From Squalus acanthias (Eukaryota), in the NCBI GenBank assembly GCA_030390025.1, contig CM059432.1, positions 97,094,001-97,158,000 of the forward strand: a stretch of 64,000 bases of DNA. Direction: 5' to 3'. The notes under the pieces are model-generated. The model had not been told where the DNA came from. It saw only the letters and a program-made list of their open reading frames with translations, and did no database searches. Of the stretch, positions 1 through 13,195 are shown piece after piece (the first letter of the stretch is position 1; each line of letters begins with the position of its first letter). The translations under genes and the position numbers were made by a program.

Positions 1-450
1 GAGCGTCTTAAAGGAGGAGAGAGAGGTAGAGAGGTGGAGAGGTTTAGGGAGGGAATTCTAGAACTTAGCACCTAGGAAGCTGAAGGCTGAAGTGAGATGA
101 CTAAAATCGGGGATGTGCAAGAGGTCAGAATTGGAGGAGCACAGAGATCTCAGAGGGTTGTAGTTCCTGGTAGGACCCGGTGCAAGTTAGGATATGGGCA
201 TCAGAGTTTTGGATGAGCTCAAGTTTATGAATGGTGCAAGTTGGGAGACCAGCCAGGAGAGTATTGGTATTGTAGAATCTAGAAGTAACAAAGGAATGAA
301 TGAGGGTGTCAGCTGCAGATGTGTTGAGGGAGGGGCAGAGACGGGAGAGGTTACAGAGATGGAAGTAGGCGGTCTTGGTGATGGAGAGGATATGGGGTCA
401 GAAGCTTAGCTCAGGATCAAATAGGACGGCAAGGTTGTGAATGATTTGGA
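1..450 (-). mobile_element. L2-clade LINE remnant (3' part of ORF2)
   Basis: Reverse strand near 1-90 translates as ...NSLPKPLHLSTSLSSFKTL, typical of an L2 ORF2 C-terminus; degenerate. Confidence 0.6.
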
Positions 451-2074
451 CTCTAAATCGCTATCAGCAGATGAGTGGCAGAGTGAACCTTGAATCCACT
501 GAGTGGAGTGGAGTGGCCCAGACCCCATCCAAGGAAAAGCTTCATTTTTATTCCTCCTACACCCAATGGAACAAGTGGGCCTCTTATGGAAGTTAAGCAA
601 TCCCTTTAGGGAAAAGTTTTGGGGTCTTCATGAGGCCTTAACCTGGAATCATGGCAGCTTTCAGTTAGTGAGAGTAGCCCTTAAGCCTTATAAGGGCCAA
701 ATAGATAGAATTTCTGGTTTAGCCCAGGAACCCCCCCCCCCAGGTGAGCCCCCTTGAGATGAAGGCTGAGTTGGTGGAAGATCGACCAGATTTTAAAAAC
801 CAACTCCAAAATGTTGAGTGGGTACAATGGGAGCCAAGAGAAAGAGCAAATCTAGTAGGAGATCTTCTCTATGTGTAGAAAAGTATTCTTTATAAGCAGG
901 TTTAAAATGTGACATTTGTAAACAGAAAATATTGCCTGATGGTGATTCAAAGTATTAAACTTAATGGTATTAGAAAAGAAAAGACTGATTTGATTAGCTG
1001 TGAGGAAAAATCCTCCAGGAGTGAAAGGGTTAAAGATCAAATGAAAGATTGAAATAAGAACCACATTTAAGCTAAGATTCCATTAGCTCAATAATATGAG
1101 AACAGGTTAAGCAGACGCTCCTTTTTTTTTGTGATTGAATGAATCTGTCAGCCATTTTCATGAGTTAATATCCACTGGTTACCTCTTCTCAGCTGAATTA
1201 GATACATTTGATTGTGAATTGCCTATCACACAACGTGCTGACTGGCCTTGTCTTGTTCCATTTTTTAATGTTTTTCTTCTGATGACCCCATTTTCACTTT
1301 TCAATTTGCTTTAAGGTAGCTGGAAAGGTTTCACTACCAGTTAGGTATATAGGATTTCTAATGTTAGCAGAATTCTCTTTCAACAAAACCTTTTCTGGTA
1401 AGTCTGGAGTAAAATTATTTTTACTACTATATATTTAATTCTTTTGAACTGGAATCCTTTTCGAAATTGAGAAAGCAAGGTAGAGGGCTAAGGCTCATAG
1501 CACAGAACACTGCGAAGTTTCAACAGATATAAGAGCAGATATAAAGCAGAAAGCAAGGATTAAAATACACTAAGATTTGGTTTTAAAACCTATGAGGGCT
1601 AAATTGGGCTGTCTAGCACCCAATTTTTATGTGCTACATAGACACATAAGGCCCCAAATAGGGGATCAAGATGGGAACTACGTAGGATGCCATCTTGGTA
1701 AAGGGGTTTCGTGCGCACGCCTACCGACAACATACAAAAAAGAGAGATGATGACGCGAATCAGTGTGCAATGCTGATTTAAAGCCACTGCTGCCATTTTT
1801 GAACACCACGCTCCAGCCTACACCCTGTCTGAACCTTGCACAGCTGAACATGATGTTAAGCGGCATGAAGGACCCCCCACCAGTGCTATTTAAAGGGATC
1901 ATGGATTACTTACAGGTTAGTTGCTGGATTATTTCTTCAGGCTGCTGGTGCAATTGTACGCATTTTTGGAGCTTTCCTATACTTTACTAAAGTTTGAATA
2001 CGCTGCAGGGTCTTGCAGTCTTGCAGTACTTTTTTTGTCATTCAAAAAATTGTGCTGAAAGAAGTTGCTTCCAG

Positions 2075-3612
2075 GCATGATTGGCCTGGTAGGACTTCCT
2101 CTGGGAATTGAACATGACTGGGAGAATGAAGAGAGGTCATGCAGAGCAGGACAAGCTTCTAGAAGAGGGAGGATGGGGAGAAGGGCTCTCAGCAGGAGGC
2201 CTTTTCTGCAGGGGGTCTTCAGGGAGCAATTCTCTTACCTCAATTAATGAGTACAGTAGCATAGTGGTTATGTTACTGGTACTCGTAATCCAGAGGCCTG
2301 GATTAATGATCTGGGAGACGTGAGTTTGAATCCCACCACAGGCAGATGGGGAATTTAAATTCAATTAAATAAATCTGAAATTAAAAACTAGTATTATGAA
2401 ACTACCAGATTGTCATAAAAACCCATCTGGTTCACCAATGTCCTCACCTGGTCTGGCCTATATGTGACTCCAGACCCACAGCAATGTGGTTGACTCTTAA
2501 CTGCCCTCTGTGGTTCAAGAAGGCAGCTCACCACCACCTTCTCAAGGGCAATTTGGGATGGGCAATAAATGCCAGCCTTGCCAGCGACGCCCACATCCCA
2601 TGAATGAATTTTTAAAAACTTCACCGAGGACCAGTGCTTGAGACGTCTTTGCTTCATGAAAGAGGTCGAGACTGAAATCTGTCAACTGCTGCAGCCACAA
2701 CTGCAACCTCAAAACAGGGCAAGGACAGCATTTCCTTTGGCTGTCAAGGTGCATCTGGCTCCTTTCAGGCTGCTGCTGGAGATACAAACAACATCTCAAA
2801 GTCTGCAGTGCACTGCTGTATAAGGGACATCACGGCAGCTCTCTAAACAAAGAGAAACTCATTCATCTCATTCCCTCTTGCCAGACACAAGCAGGAGGAG
2901 TGAGCATGAGGGTTTGCTTGGATTGCAGGCTTCCCCATGGTACAGGATACCATTGACTGTATGCACATTGCCTTGTGTGCGCCTCATGTGAACTCTGCCA
3001 TTTTCATGAACTGAAACGGATTCCACTCCCTCAATGTGCAGCTGGTGTGCGACCACAGGCAGCTCATCATGCAGGTAAATGCCCATTAACCTGGCAGCAG
3101 TCATGATTTCTTCATTCTGTCCTCTGTTCCACCTGTATTTGACCCACAACGGCAAGTCAAAGACTGGCAACTGGGCGACAAGGGTTATCTTCTCATGACA
3201 TGTCTCATGACATGGCTCATGACCCCAGTCCGGAACATACACAGCAAGCCCGGAATATACACAGCAAGCCTACAATAAGAGCCATGCTGCCACAAGGAAC
3301 ATTATAGAGCACACCATCAGCATCCCAAAGCAACACTTCCAGCACTCTGGAGGATCCCTGCAGTACGTGGCTGAGCAGGTATCAAGATTTGTGGATATAT
3401 GCTGTATGCTGCACAACCTTGTCAGTATGAGGTAACTGTCCTTGCCACCACCTATCAGGTGAGAAGCTGAGGAGCAGGAGCATGAGAACAAAGAAGAGGA
3501 GAGGAGGAAGTGCAACAGGAAATGGAGGAACAGGAAGAGGAAGGGAGGATACAATGTAGACAACCCCTTTCTGCCCAAGCTCTACATGATCACATTATTC
3601 ATGAGCAATACC
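2075..3612 (+). pseudogene. Harbinger (HARBI1-like) DDE transposase pseudogene
   Basis: Motifs [68 protein letters not shown]; stops, frameshifts and a SINE insertion. Confidence 0.85.
2250..2618 (+). mobile_element. tRNA-headed SINE made of the 5' head plus 3' tail of family B LINE
   Basis: A box TAGCATAGTGG, B-box-like GAGTTTGAATCCC; 2250-2510 matches ~8888-9176 and 2511-2618 matches ~12005-12110. Confidence 0.85.
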
Positions 3613-3829
3613 AGTAACCTCAACCACACCTCCCCACGCTCCTTACCTTTTCTCTATCACTGACTATCACATCCTCCTCTTTCTGACAACACAAAATTAA
3701 ACCCATCAGAAAATGAACATTCAAATCCAATTTTATAAATTCCCTCAGTAAATAATGCATACAAAATTAAACAAATCACTCTTGTGCATTCCCTTAGTGC
3801 CTGTCTTCCATGTGCCTTTGCCTATCCTA

Positions 3830-4835
3830 GTGCTCCTATGAGGTGCTTCCCCTGTGGCTGCAGCATGGGTGGTGGAAGGCTGCTGACCTTCAATTGAGGA
3901 GACTACAGATGGCCTTGGAGGACGACCTTGAGCAGCTCTGGGCCGAGAGGCCTGGCTTCAGACTGCGCCATCTCAGCTTGGGCTGCAGCTGTCTGGGCTG
4001 GCTGGCTGATAGGCAACAGCAAGGGCACTGACGGAGTGGTGGGGTGGGACCAAGGCATGCTGTCATTCTGAGAGAGGACAGCAGGTTCGTGCTCCATGGC
4101 ATCACTGACACTCTCCCAGAGCGGCACCTCAGCAATCCTACTGATCTGTTGAAGAACAGATTGATGAACTGCTGTGACACCCTGGAAGCCTCTTTGAACA
4201 GTGGTATCCAAAGCCATGATGGCAGCAGTCTGAGCTTTGGCTGAAGCACTCAGACCTTTGTTGGAAGCTGTTTGTGCTGCAATGAAACCGTGATATTGGC
4301 CATCAGATGCTGCATCATGTTGGGTTCCACAGGTGTGCTGATGGTGGTGACCAGCTGTTCCATGTTAGAAAGGATGGGCTCCAAGCTCTGCACAAAGTCC
4401 TGTGCCAAGTTCGTGCTGGAGTCCTCCATGCTCCTTGACATTGAGTAAGGGTATCTGGCAGGCTTTCCAGTGCACCAAGCATTTGGTTGTGTGGACTTCT
4501 TTTGTAGCCTGGCTCATCAAAGTCCTCATCTGACTCCTCTGCAGCAGAACGAGTGTGCGATCTCGCACCGCACAACAACCACCACCCCCCCGCCCCCCCA
4601 ACCCCCCGGCTAGCTGACACCTGTCCTATCCTTCCCCCCACCCTGGCTCCTGCGCACTTGTGTCCAGTGTCTCACCACGTGCTGATCCCTCCACTTTCCT
4701 AGCCTCTAAAGTACGCGCAGTGTCAGTGTCTGGGAGTGGCTGCAAGTGTAAGATCGAGTGACAGTGTCTCTTCATCTTCACTGCCTTCTTCCTCTTCCTC
4801 CTCTGACTGGGAAGCTTCCAGTTCTTGGGTATCTG
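3830..4835 (-). pseudogene. Last exon remnant of Harbinger Myb/SANT partner gene
   Basis: Peptides QSVLQQI and AVLSQNDS resemble QSVLQQI/AVLSHDDS in exon 3 of the intact gene at 30276-32095; minus-strand TTTCAG acceptor near 4833. Confidence 0.65.
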
Positions 4836-5081
4836 AAATGATTACACCATCTGCAGCTTGTAAGTTAGAAGAGATTGTGGGATGAGAGGAGAAGAAATTG
4901 TGTGGAGGACGATTTCATGGAATATATGCAAGATAGTTTTCTTGATCAGTATGTTGAGGAACCAACTAGGGAGCAGGCCATTTTATATCCAGTATTGTGC
5001 AATGAGAAAGGGTTAATTAATAACCTTGTAGTAAAGGGGCCTTTTAGGAAGAGTGACCATAATATTAAAGAATTTTATATT

Positions 5082-7245
5082 GGGCTATATTTGGGTTATA
5101 TTGGGCTTATATATGGGTGCTTACGAGGTGTGTACGCACCCATAGGGGTCATGCAAGTGCTGGGTTTAGGCATTCGAAGCGCATACGCTAAAACCCAGCA
5201 CTTGCGATCTGTCAAGAATCCTCTTGACAGATCACATGCATGCCCGGGAGATGGGCCTCCGCGGGCAGGGAGTTGCGCTTTCTGCACAACTTCCGTCCGC
5301 TGAAAACCTTTAAATATCTTACACCTGGTAAAAGCAGGCATAAGGCCTGCTTTTACCAGCATAAGAGTTTAAAAAAATAAAAAACAATTTTTTTTTCACT
5401 GATTTATAATTTAAAAATACTTTAAAAAATACTTTTAAAAAAGGTAACATAAGCACATAAGAACATAAGAAATAGGAGCAGGAATAGGCCACTTGGCCCC
5501 TCGAGCCTGCTCCGTCATTCAATAAGATCATGGCTGATCTTGGGCTCAAATCCACTTCCCTGCCCGCTCCCCATAACCCTTCACTCCCTTATCTTGCAAA
5601 AATCTGTCTATCTCCACCTTAAGTGTATTTAATGAACCAACCTCCACAGCTCTCTGGGGCAGAGAATTCCACAGATTTACGACCCTCTGAGAGAAGAAAT
5701 TCCTCCTCATCTCAGTTATAAAAGGGCGACCCTTTATTCTGAAACTATGCCCCCGAGTTCTAGATTTCCCCACGAGGGGAAACATCCTCTCTGCATCTAC
5801 CTTGTCGAGCCCCCTCTGTATCTTATATGTTTCAATAAGATCACCTCTCATTCTTCTAAATTCCAATGAGTATAGGCCCAACCTCCTCAACCTTTCTTCA
5901 TAAGTCAACCCCCTCATCTCTGGAATTAACCTAGTGAATCATCTCTGAACTGCCTCCAATGCAAGTATATCCTTCCTTAAATAAGGAGACCAAAACTGTA
6001 CGCAGTACTCAAGGTGTGGTCTCACCAATACCCTGTACAATGGTAGCAGGACTTCCCTGCTTTTATACTCCAACCCCTTGCAATAAAGGCCAACATTCCA
6101 TTTGCCTTTTTGATTACTTGCTGTACCTGCATGCTAACTTTTTGTGTTTCATGCACAAGGACCCCCAGGTCCCTCTGAACTGTAGCATTTCGTAATCTCT
6201 CTCCATTTAAATAATAATTTGCTTTTTTATTTTTCCTGCCAAAGTGGATAACCCCACACTTTCCCACATTATACTCCATCTGCCAAATGTTTGCCCACTC
6301 ACTTAGCCTGTCTATATCCCTTTGCAGATTCTTTGAGTCCTCTGCACAACTTGCTTTCCCACCCATCTTTGTATCATCCGCAAACTTGGCTACATTACAC
6401 TCGGTCCCTTCATCCAAGTCATTAATGTAGATTGTAAATAGTTGAGGCCCCAGCACCAATCCTTGTGGCACCCCACTAGATACCATTTGTCAACCGGAAA
6501 ATGACCCATTTATCCCGACTCTCTGCTTTCTGTCAGTTAGCCAATTCTCTATCCATGCTAACATATTACCTCCAACTCCGTGAGCTCTTATCTTATGCAG
6601 TAACCTTTTATGTGGCACCTTGTCGAATGCCTTCTGGAAATCCAAATACACCACATCTACTGGCTCACCCTTATCCACCCTGCTTGTTACATCCTCAAAG
6701 AACTCCAGCAAATTTGTTAAACATGATTTCCCTTTCATAAAACCATGCTGACTCTGCTTGACTGCATTATGATTTTCCAAATGCCCTGCTACTGCTTCCT
6801 TAATGAAGGACTCCAGCATTTTCCCAACGACATAAGTTTAATTTTAGCCCCTTAAAAAAAAATGTAATTACATTTTTGTTTAAAATATTTAATTTAATGT
6901 CATTTTAATTAATTTTAAATTTGTGATGTTTTTAAAATTTATTTAAAGTTTTACTGTGTTTTTTAAGTGATCCCCATTCATACTTTTGACGGTTCTGTGC
7001 GTACAGACCTGTCAAAAGTGTGAAGGGGGATTCCCTTCTTTGATTGCTTCCCCATGGCCCATGTGATCCCAGGGACACTTGCGAACCGCATACGCCCCTG
7101 GGATACCTGGGCCTCTGCGCATTTCGCAGAGCAGAGGCCCAGGATTGCAAGCCTCGGGACCTACGGAGCCAACAGGTAAGTGCGTAGATTTTTTCCGATC
7201 GGAGGCATCCGCCCGCATGAAGCATCCAATCGGAAATTCAGGCCC
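5082..7245. mobile_element. Harbinger-type non-autonomous element (MITE) carrying a nested CR1
   Basis: Ends GGGCTATATTT / GAAATTCAGGCCC; 3-bp TSD ATT (5079-81, 7246-48); host CR1 frame rejoins across it. Confidence 0.8.
5447..6836 (-). mobile_element. 5'-truncated CR1 LINE (RT and 3' UTR)
   Basis: QHGFMKGKSCLTNLLEFFE, LDFQKAFDKV, SGVPQG, FADDTK; (TTCTTATG)n-like tail; ACATAAG at both ends (5447-53, 6830-36). Confidence 0.93.
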
Positions 7246-7785
7246 ATTGAGTTTGAAAGTGATTTAGTTAAATCCGAAACTACCGTCTTAAATCTAAACA
7301 AAGCAAACTACATAGGTATGAGGGGCGAGTTGGCTAAGGTAGATGGGGAAACTACATTAAAAGGTATGATGGTAAAGAAGCAATGGCTGGCATTTAAAGA
7401 ATTAATACATAGGTTACAACAAATATACGTTCCTTTAAGGCACAAAAACCCCACAGGAAAAGTGGTCCAACCGTGGCTAACAAGAGAAGTTAAAGATAGT
7501 ATTACATCAAAGGAAGTGGCGTATAATGTTGCTAAAATGAGTAATAAGCCTGAGGATTGGGAGGATTTTAGAATTCAGCAAAAGTGGAACAAAAAATTGA
7601 TAAAGAAAGGGAAAATAGAATATGAGAGTAAACTAGCGAGAGACATAAAAACAGATTGTAAAAGCTTCTATAGGTATGTAAAAAGGAAAAGATTAGCAAA
7701 AGTAAATGTGGGTCCCTTACAGGCTGAGACAGGAGAAATTATAATGGGGAATAAGGAAATGGCAGAGAAATTAAACAAATACTTT

Positions 7786-8222
7786 GGGCTGGATTTTCAA
7801 TGACCCGTGGAGTCGGGTTTGGAGGCGTGTGGGGGGTTAAAGTTGCAGATTCGGGGGTCCTGACCCCATCCCGACTCCATTCCGCCTCCACGCAATTTTG
7901 ACAAAATCGGTCTCGGGGTTCCCGACTCCGTCCCGCCTCCAAGAGGCGGGAGAGGCCATTAAAGCACTTAACAAGCCCTAAATTGGCTCTGTAATGCCAT
8001 TTTGAAACATTTTAGCTAGTTTAACCCTTTTCCGACGTGAAGTACGCCTGATGTGAAACACGCCAGTGAAACCTGGCGGGAGCACAAGTGGATAGCTGAC
8101 TATCAGCTGCAGGTCCACTATTACAACGGAGATGTGATGAAGGTAGTAGTAGTATTAGGTCTGAAAGTCGCCTCTGATGCTACTGCATTGAATGTCTTCA
8201 GAGACTGCCTGGTTGCAAAAAA

Positions 8223-8292
<70 letters not shown>

Positions 8293-8564
8293 CTCAGATG
8301 CTGCTTATTTTGCATCCAGGTCCTCTCACAGCAAAGGCCAGGCAGTCTCTGAGACCAGACAGTCTCTGACCTGCAATGATGACATCATCAGAGGCGACTT
8401 TCAGACTGAAACCACTAATTGGTTCATGGGTTCCCACATGCTGGAACTCAATTGCCCAATTAAGTGAAAATTGCATCAATCTCCCACATCAAATTGCAGG
8501 CGGGTGGATAACACAAAATGCGGATGACACGACCCCAACCCGCCCCAGTATCAAAATCCAACCC
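7786..8564. mobile_element. Harbinger-type MITE or chimera of two MITE ends
   Basis: TIR pair GGGCTGGATTTT / AAAATCCAACCC (11/12), but flanks TTT vs ATG differ and the CR1 does not resume. Confidence 0.55.
8226..8296. repeat. (CT)n microsatellite
   Basis: Direct reading. Confidence 0.95.
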
Positions 8565-8887
8565 ATGATCTCCACTCTTTTTGTTGGGGGTTATCCAATT
8601 TAACCTCCTTTATGTTTGTGGGAGGAAGAAAAGACTTCGGCCGGAATTTTCTTTGGGGAGGCGGGTTAGGGCCAGGAGGGTCCAAGGCGGGCGGGAAACC
8701 CGGGAGGCCGTGCCGACTTTACTGGCAGGGCCTAATTTGAATGTGAGGCTTTGGATTCCTGCCCACAGCCAGCCAGCCTCTTGTGCATCCCTTTCCCCCT
8801 ACGCCCCACCATTGGTGGCCATTCCTAGGCCTTATGCTATACAATTCTCTCCCTAAGCCCCTACGCCTCTCAAATGTAGAAATGTAG

Positions 8888-8980
8888 GAACGGTAGTATA
8901 GTGGTTATGTTACTGGATTAGTTAATCCAGAGGCCTGGACTAATAAGCCTGAAACATGAGTTCAAATCCCACCATGGCAG
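8888..8980 (+). promoter_or_regulatory. tRNA-like internal Pol III promoter (A and B boxes) at LINE 5' end
   Basis: TAGTATAGTGG (A box), CTGGA...TCCAG anticodon-like stem, GAGTTCAAATCCC (B box). Confidence 0.7.
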
Positions 8981-11900
8981 CTGTGGCATTTAAATTCAGT
9001 TAATTAAATAAATCTAGAATAAAAAGTTTGCATGAAAAGGTGACCACGAAACTACCGAATTGTTGTATAAAACCCATCTGGTTCACTCATAAAGGAAATC
9101 TGCCGACTTTACCTGGTCTGGCCTATATGTGATTCCAGACCCACAGCAATGTGGTTGACTCTTAATTGTCCCTTTGAAATGGCCTAGCAAACCACTCAGT
9201 TGTAACAAAAAACAACAATAAGAATAAATCCGGACGGACCACCTGGCATCAACCTCGGCACCGGCTTTGGAAACGACAACAGCACATTCAGCTCAGTCGA
9301 TTCTGCAAAGTCCTCCTCACTAACATCTGGGGACTTGTGCCAAAATTGGGAGAGCTGTCCCACAGACTAGTCAAGCAAGAGCCTGACATAGTCATACTCA
9401 CAGAATCATACCTTTCTGCCAATGTCCTAGACACCTCCATCACCATCCCTGGGTATGTCCTGTCCCACCGGCAGGACAGCGTCACCAGAGGTGGCGGCAG
9501 ATTGGTATACAATAGGGAGGGAGTGGCCCTGGGGGTCCTCAACATTCACTCCGGATCCCATGAAGTGTCATGGCATCAGGTCAAACATGGGCAAGGAAAC
9601 CTCCTGCTGATTACCATCTACTGCCCTCCCTCAGCTGATGAATCAGTACTTCTCCATGCTGAACACCACTTAGAAGAAGCACTGAGAGGAGCAAGGGCAC
9701 AGAATGTACTCTGGGTGGGGGACGTCAATGTCCATCACCAAGAGTGGCTCGGTAGCACCGAGCTGGCCGCGTCCTGAAGGTCATAGCTGCCAGGCTGGGC
9801 CGGCAGCAGGTGGTGAGAGAACCAGCATGAGGGACAAACCTACTTGACCTCGTCCTCACCAATCTAATTGTTGCAGATGCATCTGTCCATGACAGTATTG
9901 GTAGCAGTGACCACCGCACAGTCCTTGTGGAGATGAAGTCCCGTCTTCACACTGAGGACACCCTCCATCGTGTTGTGTGGCACTACCACTGTGCTAAATG
10001 GGATAGATTCAGAACAGATCTAGCAACTCAAAACTGGGCAACCATGAGGCGCTGTGGGGCAGCAGCAGAATTGTATTCCACCACAATTTGTAACCTCATG
10101 GTCCGACATATCCCTCACTCTACTATAACCATCAAGCCAGGGGACCAACCCTGGTTCAATAAGGAGTGTAGAAGAGCATTCCAGGAGCAGCACCAGGCGT
10201 ACCTAAAAAGGAGGTGCCAGCCTGGGGAAGCTGCAACACAGAACTACATGCATGCTGAAAAGTGGAAGCAGCATGCTATAGACAGAGCTAAGCGATTCCA
10301 CAATCAACGGATCAGATCAAAGTTCTGCAGTCCTGCAACATCCAGTCGTGAATGGTGGAGGTCTATTTCACAACTAACGGGAGGAGGAGGCTCCATGAAT
10401 ATCCCCATCCTCAATGATGGTGGAGCCCAGCACGTGAGTGCAAAAGACAAGGCTGAAGCATTGGCAACCATCTTCAGCCAGAAGTGCCGAGTGGATGATT
10501 CATATCGGCCTCCTCCTGAGGTCCCCACCATCAAAGAAGCCAGTCTTCAGCCAATTCGTTTTCCTTCACGTGATATCAAGAAATGGCTGAGCGCACTGGA
10601 TACAGCAAAGGCTATGGACCCCGACAATATCCCGGCTGTCGTGCTGTAGACTTGTGCTCCAGAACTAGCTGCACCTCCAGCCAAGCTGTTCCAGCACAGC
10701 TACAACACTGGCATTTACCTGACCATGTGGAAAACTACCCAGATATGTCCTGTCCACAAAAAACAGGACAAATCCAATCCGGCCAATTACCACCCCATCA
10801 GCCTACTCTCAATCATCAGCAAAGTGATGAAAGGTGTTTGTCGACAGTTCTATCAAGTGGCACTTACTCACCAATAACCTGCTCACCGATGCTCAGTTTG
10901 GATTCCGCCGGGACCACTCGGTTCCAGACCTCATTACAGCCTTGGTCCAAACATGGACAAAGGAGCTGAATTCCAGAGGTGAGGTGAGAGTGACTGCCCT
11001 TGACATCACTGAAGCATTTGACCAAGTGTGGCTTCAAGGAGCCCTATTAAAATGAAGTCAATTGGAATCAGGGGAAAGAATCTCCACTGGCTGGAGTCAT
11101 ACCTAGCACAAAGGAAGATGATTGTGGTTGTTGGAGGCCAATCATCTCAGCCCCAGGAAATCGCTGCAGGAGTTCATCAGGGCAGTGTCTTAGGCCCAAC
11201 CATCTTCAGTTGCTTCATCAATGACCTTCCCTCCAACATTTGGTCAGAAGTGGGGATGTTTGCTGATGATTGCACAGTGTTCAGTTCCGTTCGCAATTTC
11301 TCAGATAATGAAGCAGTCCATGCCCGCATGCAACAAGACTTGGACGACATTCAGGCTTGGGCTGATAAGTGGCAAGTAACATTTGCGCCACACAAGTGCC
11401 AGGCAATGACTATCTCCAAGAGAACTTCTAACTGCCGCCCCTTGACATTCAACATCATTACCATTGCCGAATCCCTAACCATCAATATCCTGGGGGTCAC
11501 TATTGACCAGAAACGTAACTGGACCAGCCACATAAATACAGTGGCTACAAGAGCAGGTCAGAGGCTAGGTATTCTGCGGCGAGTGTCTCACCTCCTGACT
11601 CCCCAAATCCTTTCCACCATCTACAAGGCACAAGTCAGGAGTGTGATGGAATACTCTCCACTTGCCTGGATGAGTGCAGCACCAACAACACTCAAGAAGC
11701 TCGCCACCATCCAGGACAACACAGTCCGCTTGATTGGCACCCCATCCACCAATTAAACATTCACTCCCTCCACCACTGGCGTACCATGGCTACAGGGTGT
11801 ACCATCTACAAGATGCACTGCAGCAACTCGCCAAGGCTTCTTCAACAGCACCTCCCAAACCCGCGACCTCTTCCACCTAGAAGGACAAGTCACACACCAT

Positions 11901-12113
11901 CCTGACTTGGAAATATATCGCCGTTACTTCGTAGTCACTGGGTCAAAATCCCGGAACTCCCTCCCTAACAACGCTGTGGGAGTATCTTCACCACACGGAT
12001 GCAGCGGTTCAAGAAGGCGGCTCACCCCCACCTTCTCAAGGGCAGTTATGGATGGGAAATAAATGCTGGTTTGCCAGCAATGCCACATCCCTGGAACGAA
12101 TAAAAAAATAAAA
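8888..12113 (+). mobile_element. Full-length family B LINE (CR1/L2 group, APE-RT, no ORF1, tRNA-like head)
   Basis: APE motifs TNIWGL, DIVILTESY, VGDVN, SDH; RT motifs QFGF, QGSVLGP, FADD; A-rich 3' end; ORF broken by stops and frameshifts. Confidence 0.9.
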
Positions 12114-13114
12114 ATGATTTGGACTTGTTTGGGGCTGTTGGAAGGATGGAACCTAGATTAGAGGGCTTCAAACAGAGAGGAAAGGGAGATTGGAAATAAG
12201 GCATAGTTAGCAAAGAGAGAAAGGTCAAGGGTAGGTTTTCTGAGAAGGAGCGTTGACATTTGTTTTGAAATGGAGGAGGACAGTGCCTGAGGAGAGGGAA
12301 CCATTTTCAATATTATCTAGCATGGGAAATATCAGAAGAATGATTGCAGATACATTTTGCACCTTATTATCTAGTGATCTTTCATCATTGTAAAATTCCA
12401 ATGAATTAAATAACCAACTCCATGAGTCAGATTTCAGAGACCTGATACATAGCTTATAAACAAAGCCAAAGGCTACCTTCATTGCAAATAATCTATTATC
12501 TGAGATAATTATATAATTAATGAAGGAACTTGCTGAAGGATAACGGAAGTGTTTCACCACAACATTTTTAGAATTAAATTTAGTTTTATGATAATTACAT
12601 GATCACTATCTGTCCTGCTATGTTACCTAAATGAAATATTTGTTTTTTGCATCCATGCATAGACCACCCCCATCAAAGAAAGAGAGTGTAAGTACATCAA
12701 TGATCAAAAACCTGACACAAGATAAATAGAGGGTCACCCAAATTTCTACTTCAGGACCTTTAGAACTGACCATTTAATTTTAACCCCCGGTTCATAAAAA
12801 ACCACACATGCATTTGTAAACTGTTCAAAATATTTAATTTAAAAAGAAGATTGTAAGATATTGAAATATTAGCATCTTATTTAAACATATTTCCTTTTTT
12901 CTCCCCATTATTGCTCTTCATTCTGATTGTACCACCACAACAGCCCTCCATGATTTTTGTTCTTGACTGTGTTGGACATTTCTCATAAAAAGTTTTTTTT
13001 AATATATATATATATATATGTGTGTCTGGTTGTTGCTCACCACAATATTAACTTCTTTATTTAAGTCTCAGGTTTCTAGTCAATGATTTAATTTTTCCTC
13101 TCAGGGTAAATAAT

Positions 13115-13195
13115 GGGGTTGAAATTGGAAAACAAAGCTGGGTGCCGATTCACTATAGCCATTTCATACTTTTGCCAAAGACCAATTTCATCCTC
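13115..13195. mobile_element. 81-bp Harbinger-type MITE
   Basis: TIRs GGGGTTGAAATTGG / CCAATTTCATCCTC; TSD AAT (13112-14, 13196-98). Confidence 0.7.

Larger units (their letters stand above)
1594..4860. mobile_element. Degenerate PIF/Harbinger transposon, right end lost
   Basis: Starts with TIR-like GAGGGCTAAATTGG; convergent transposase (+) and Myb-partner (-) remnants; cut off by a CR1 fragment at ~4865. Confidence 0.7.
4865..7785 (+). mobile_element. CR1 ORF2 fragment (APE endonuclease end and tether), split by a MITE
   Basis: FLDQYVEEPTREQAIL...KSDHNIKEFYI (to 5081) resumes as IEFESDLVKSETTVLNLNKANY at 7246. Confidence 0.85.

Noticed and set aside
1316..1397. Possible plus-strand exon (AG...GTAAGT; VAGKVSLPVRYIGFLMLAEFSFNKTFS)
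   Set aside because: Splice signals only; no recognisable homology or consistent gene model.
12663..12687. Possible 25-bp microexon followed by GTAAGT
   Set aside because: Too short to support without transcript data.
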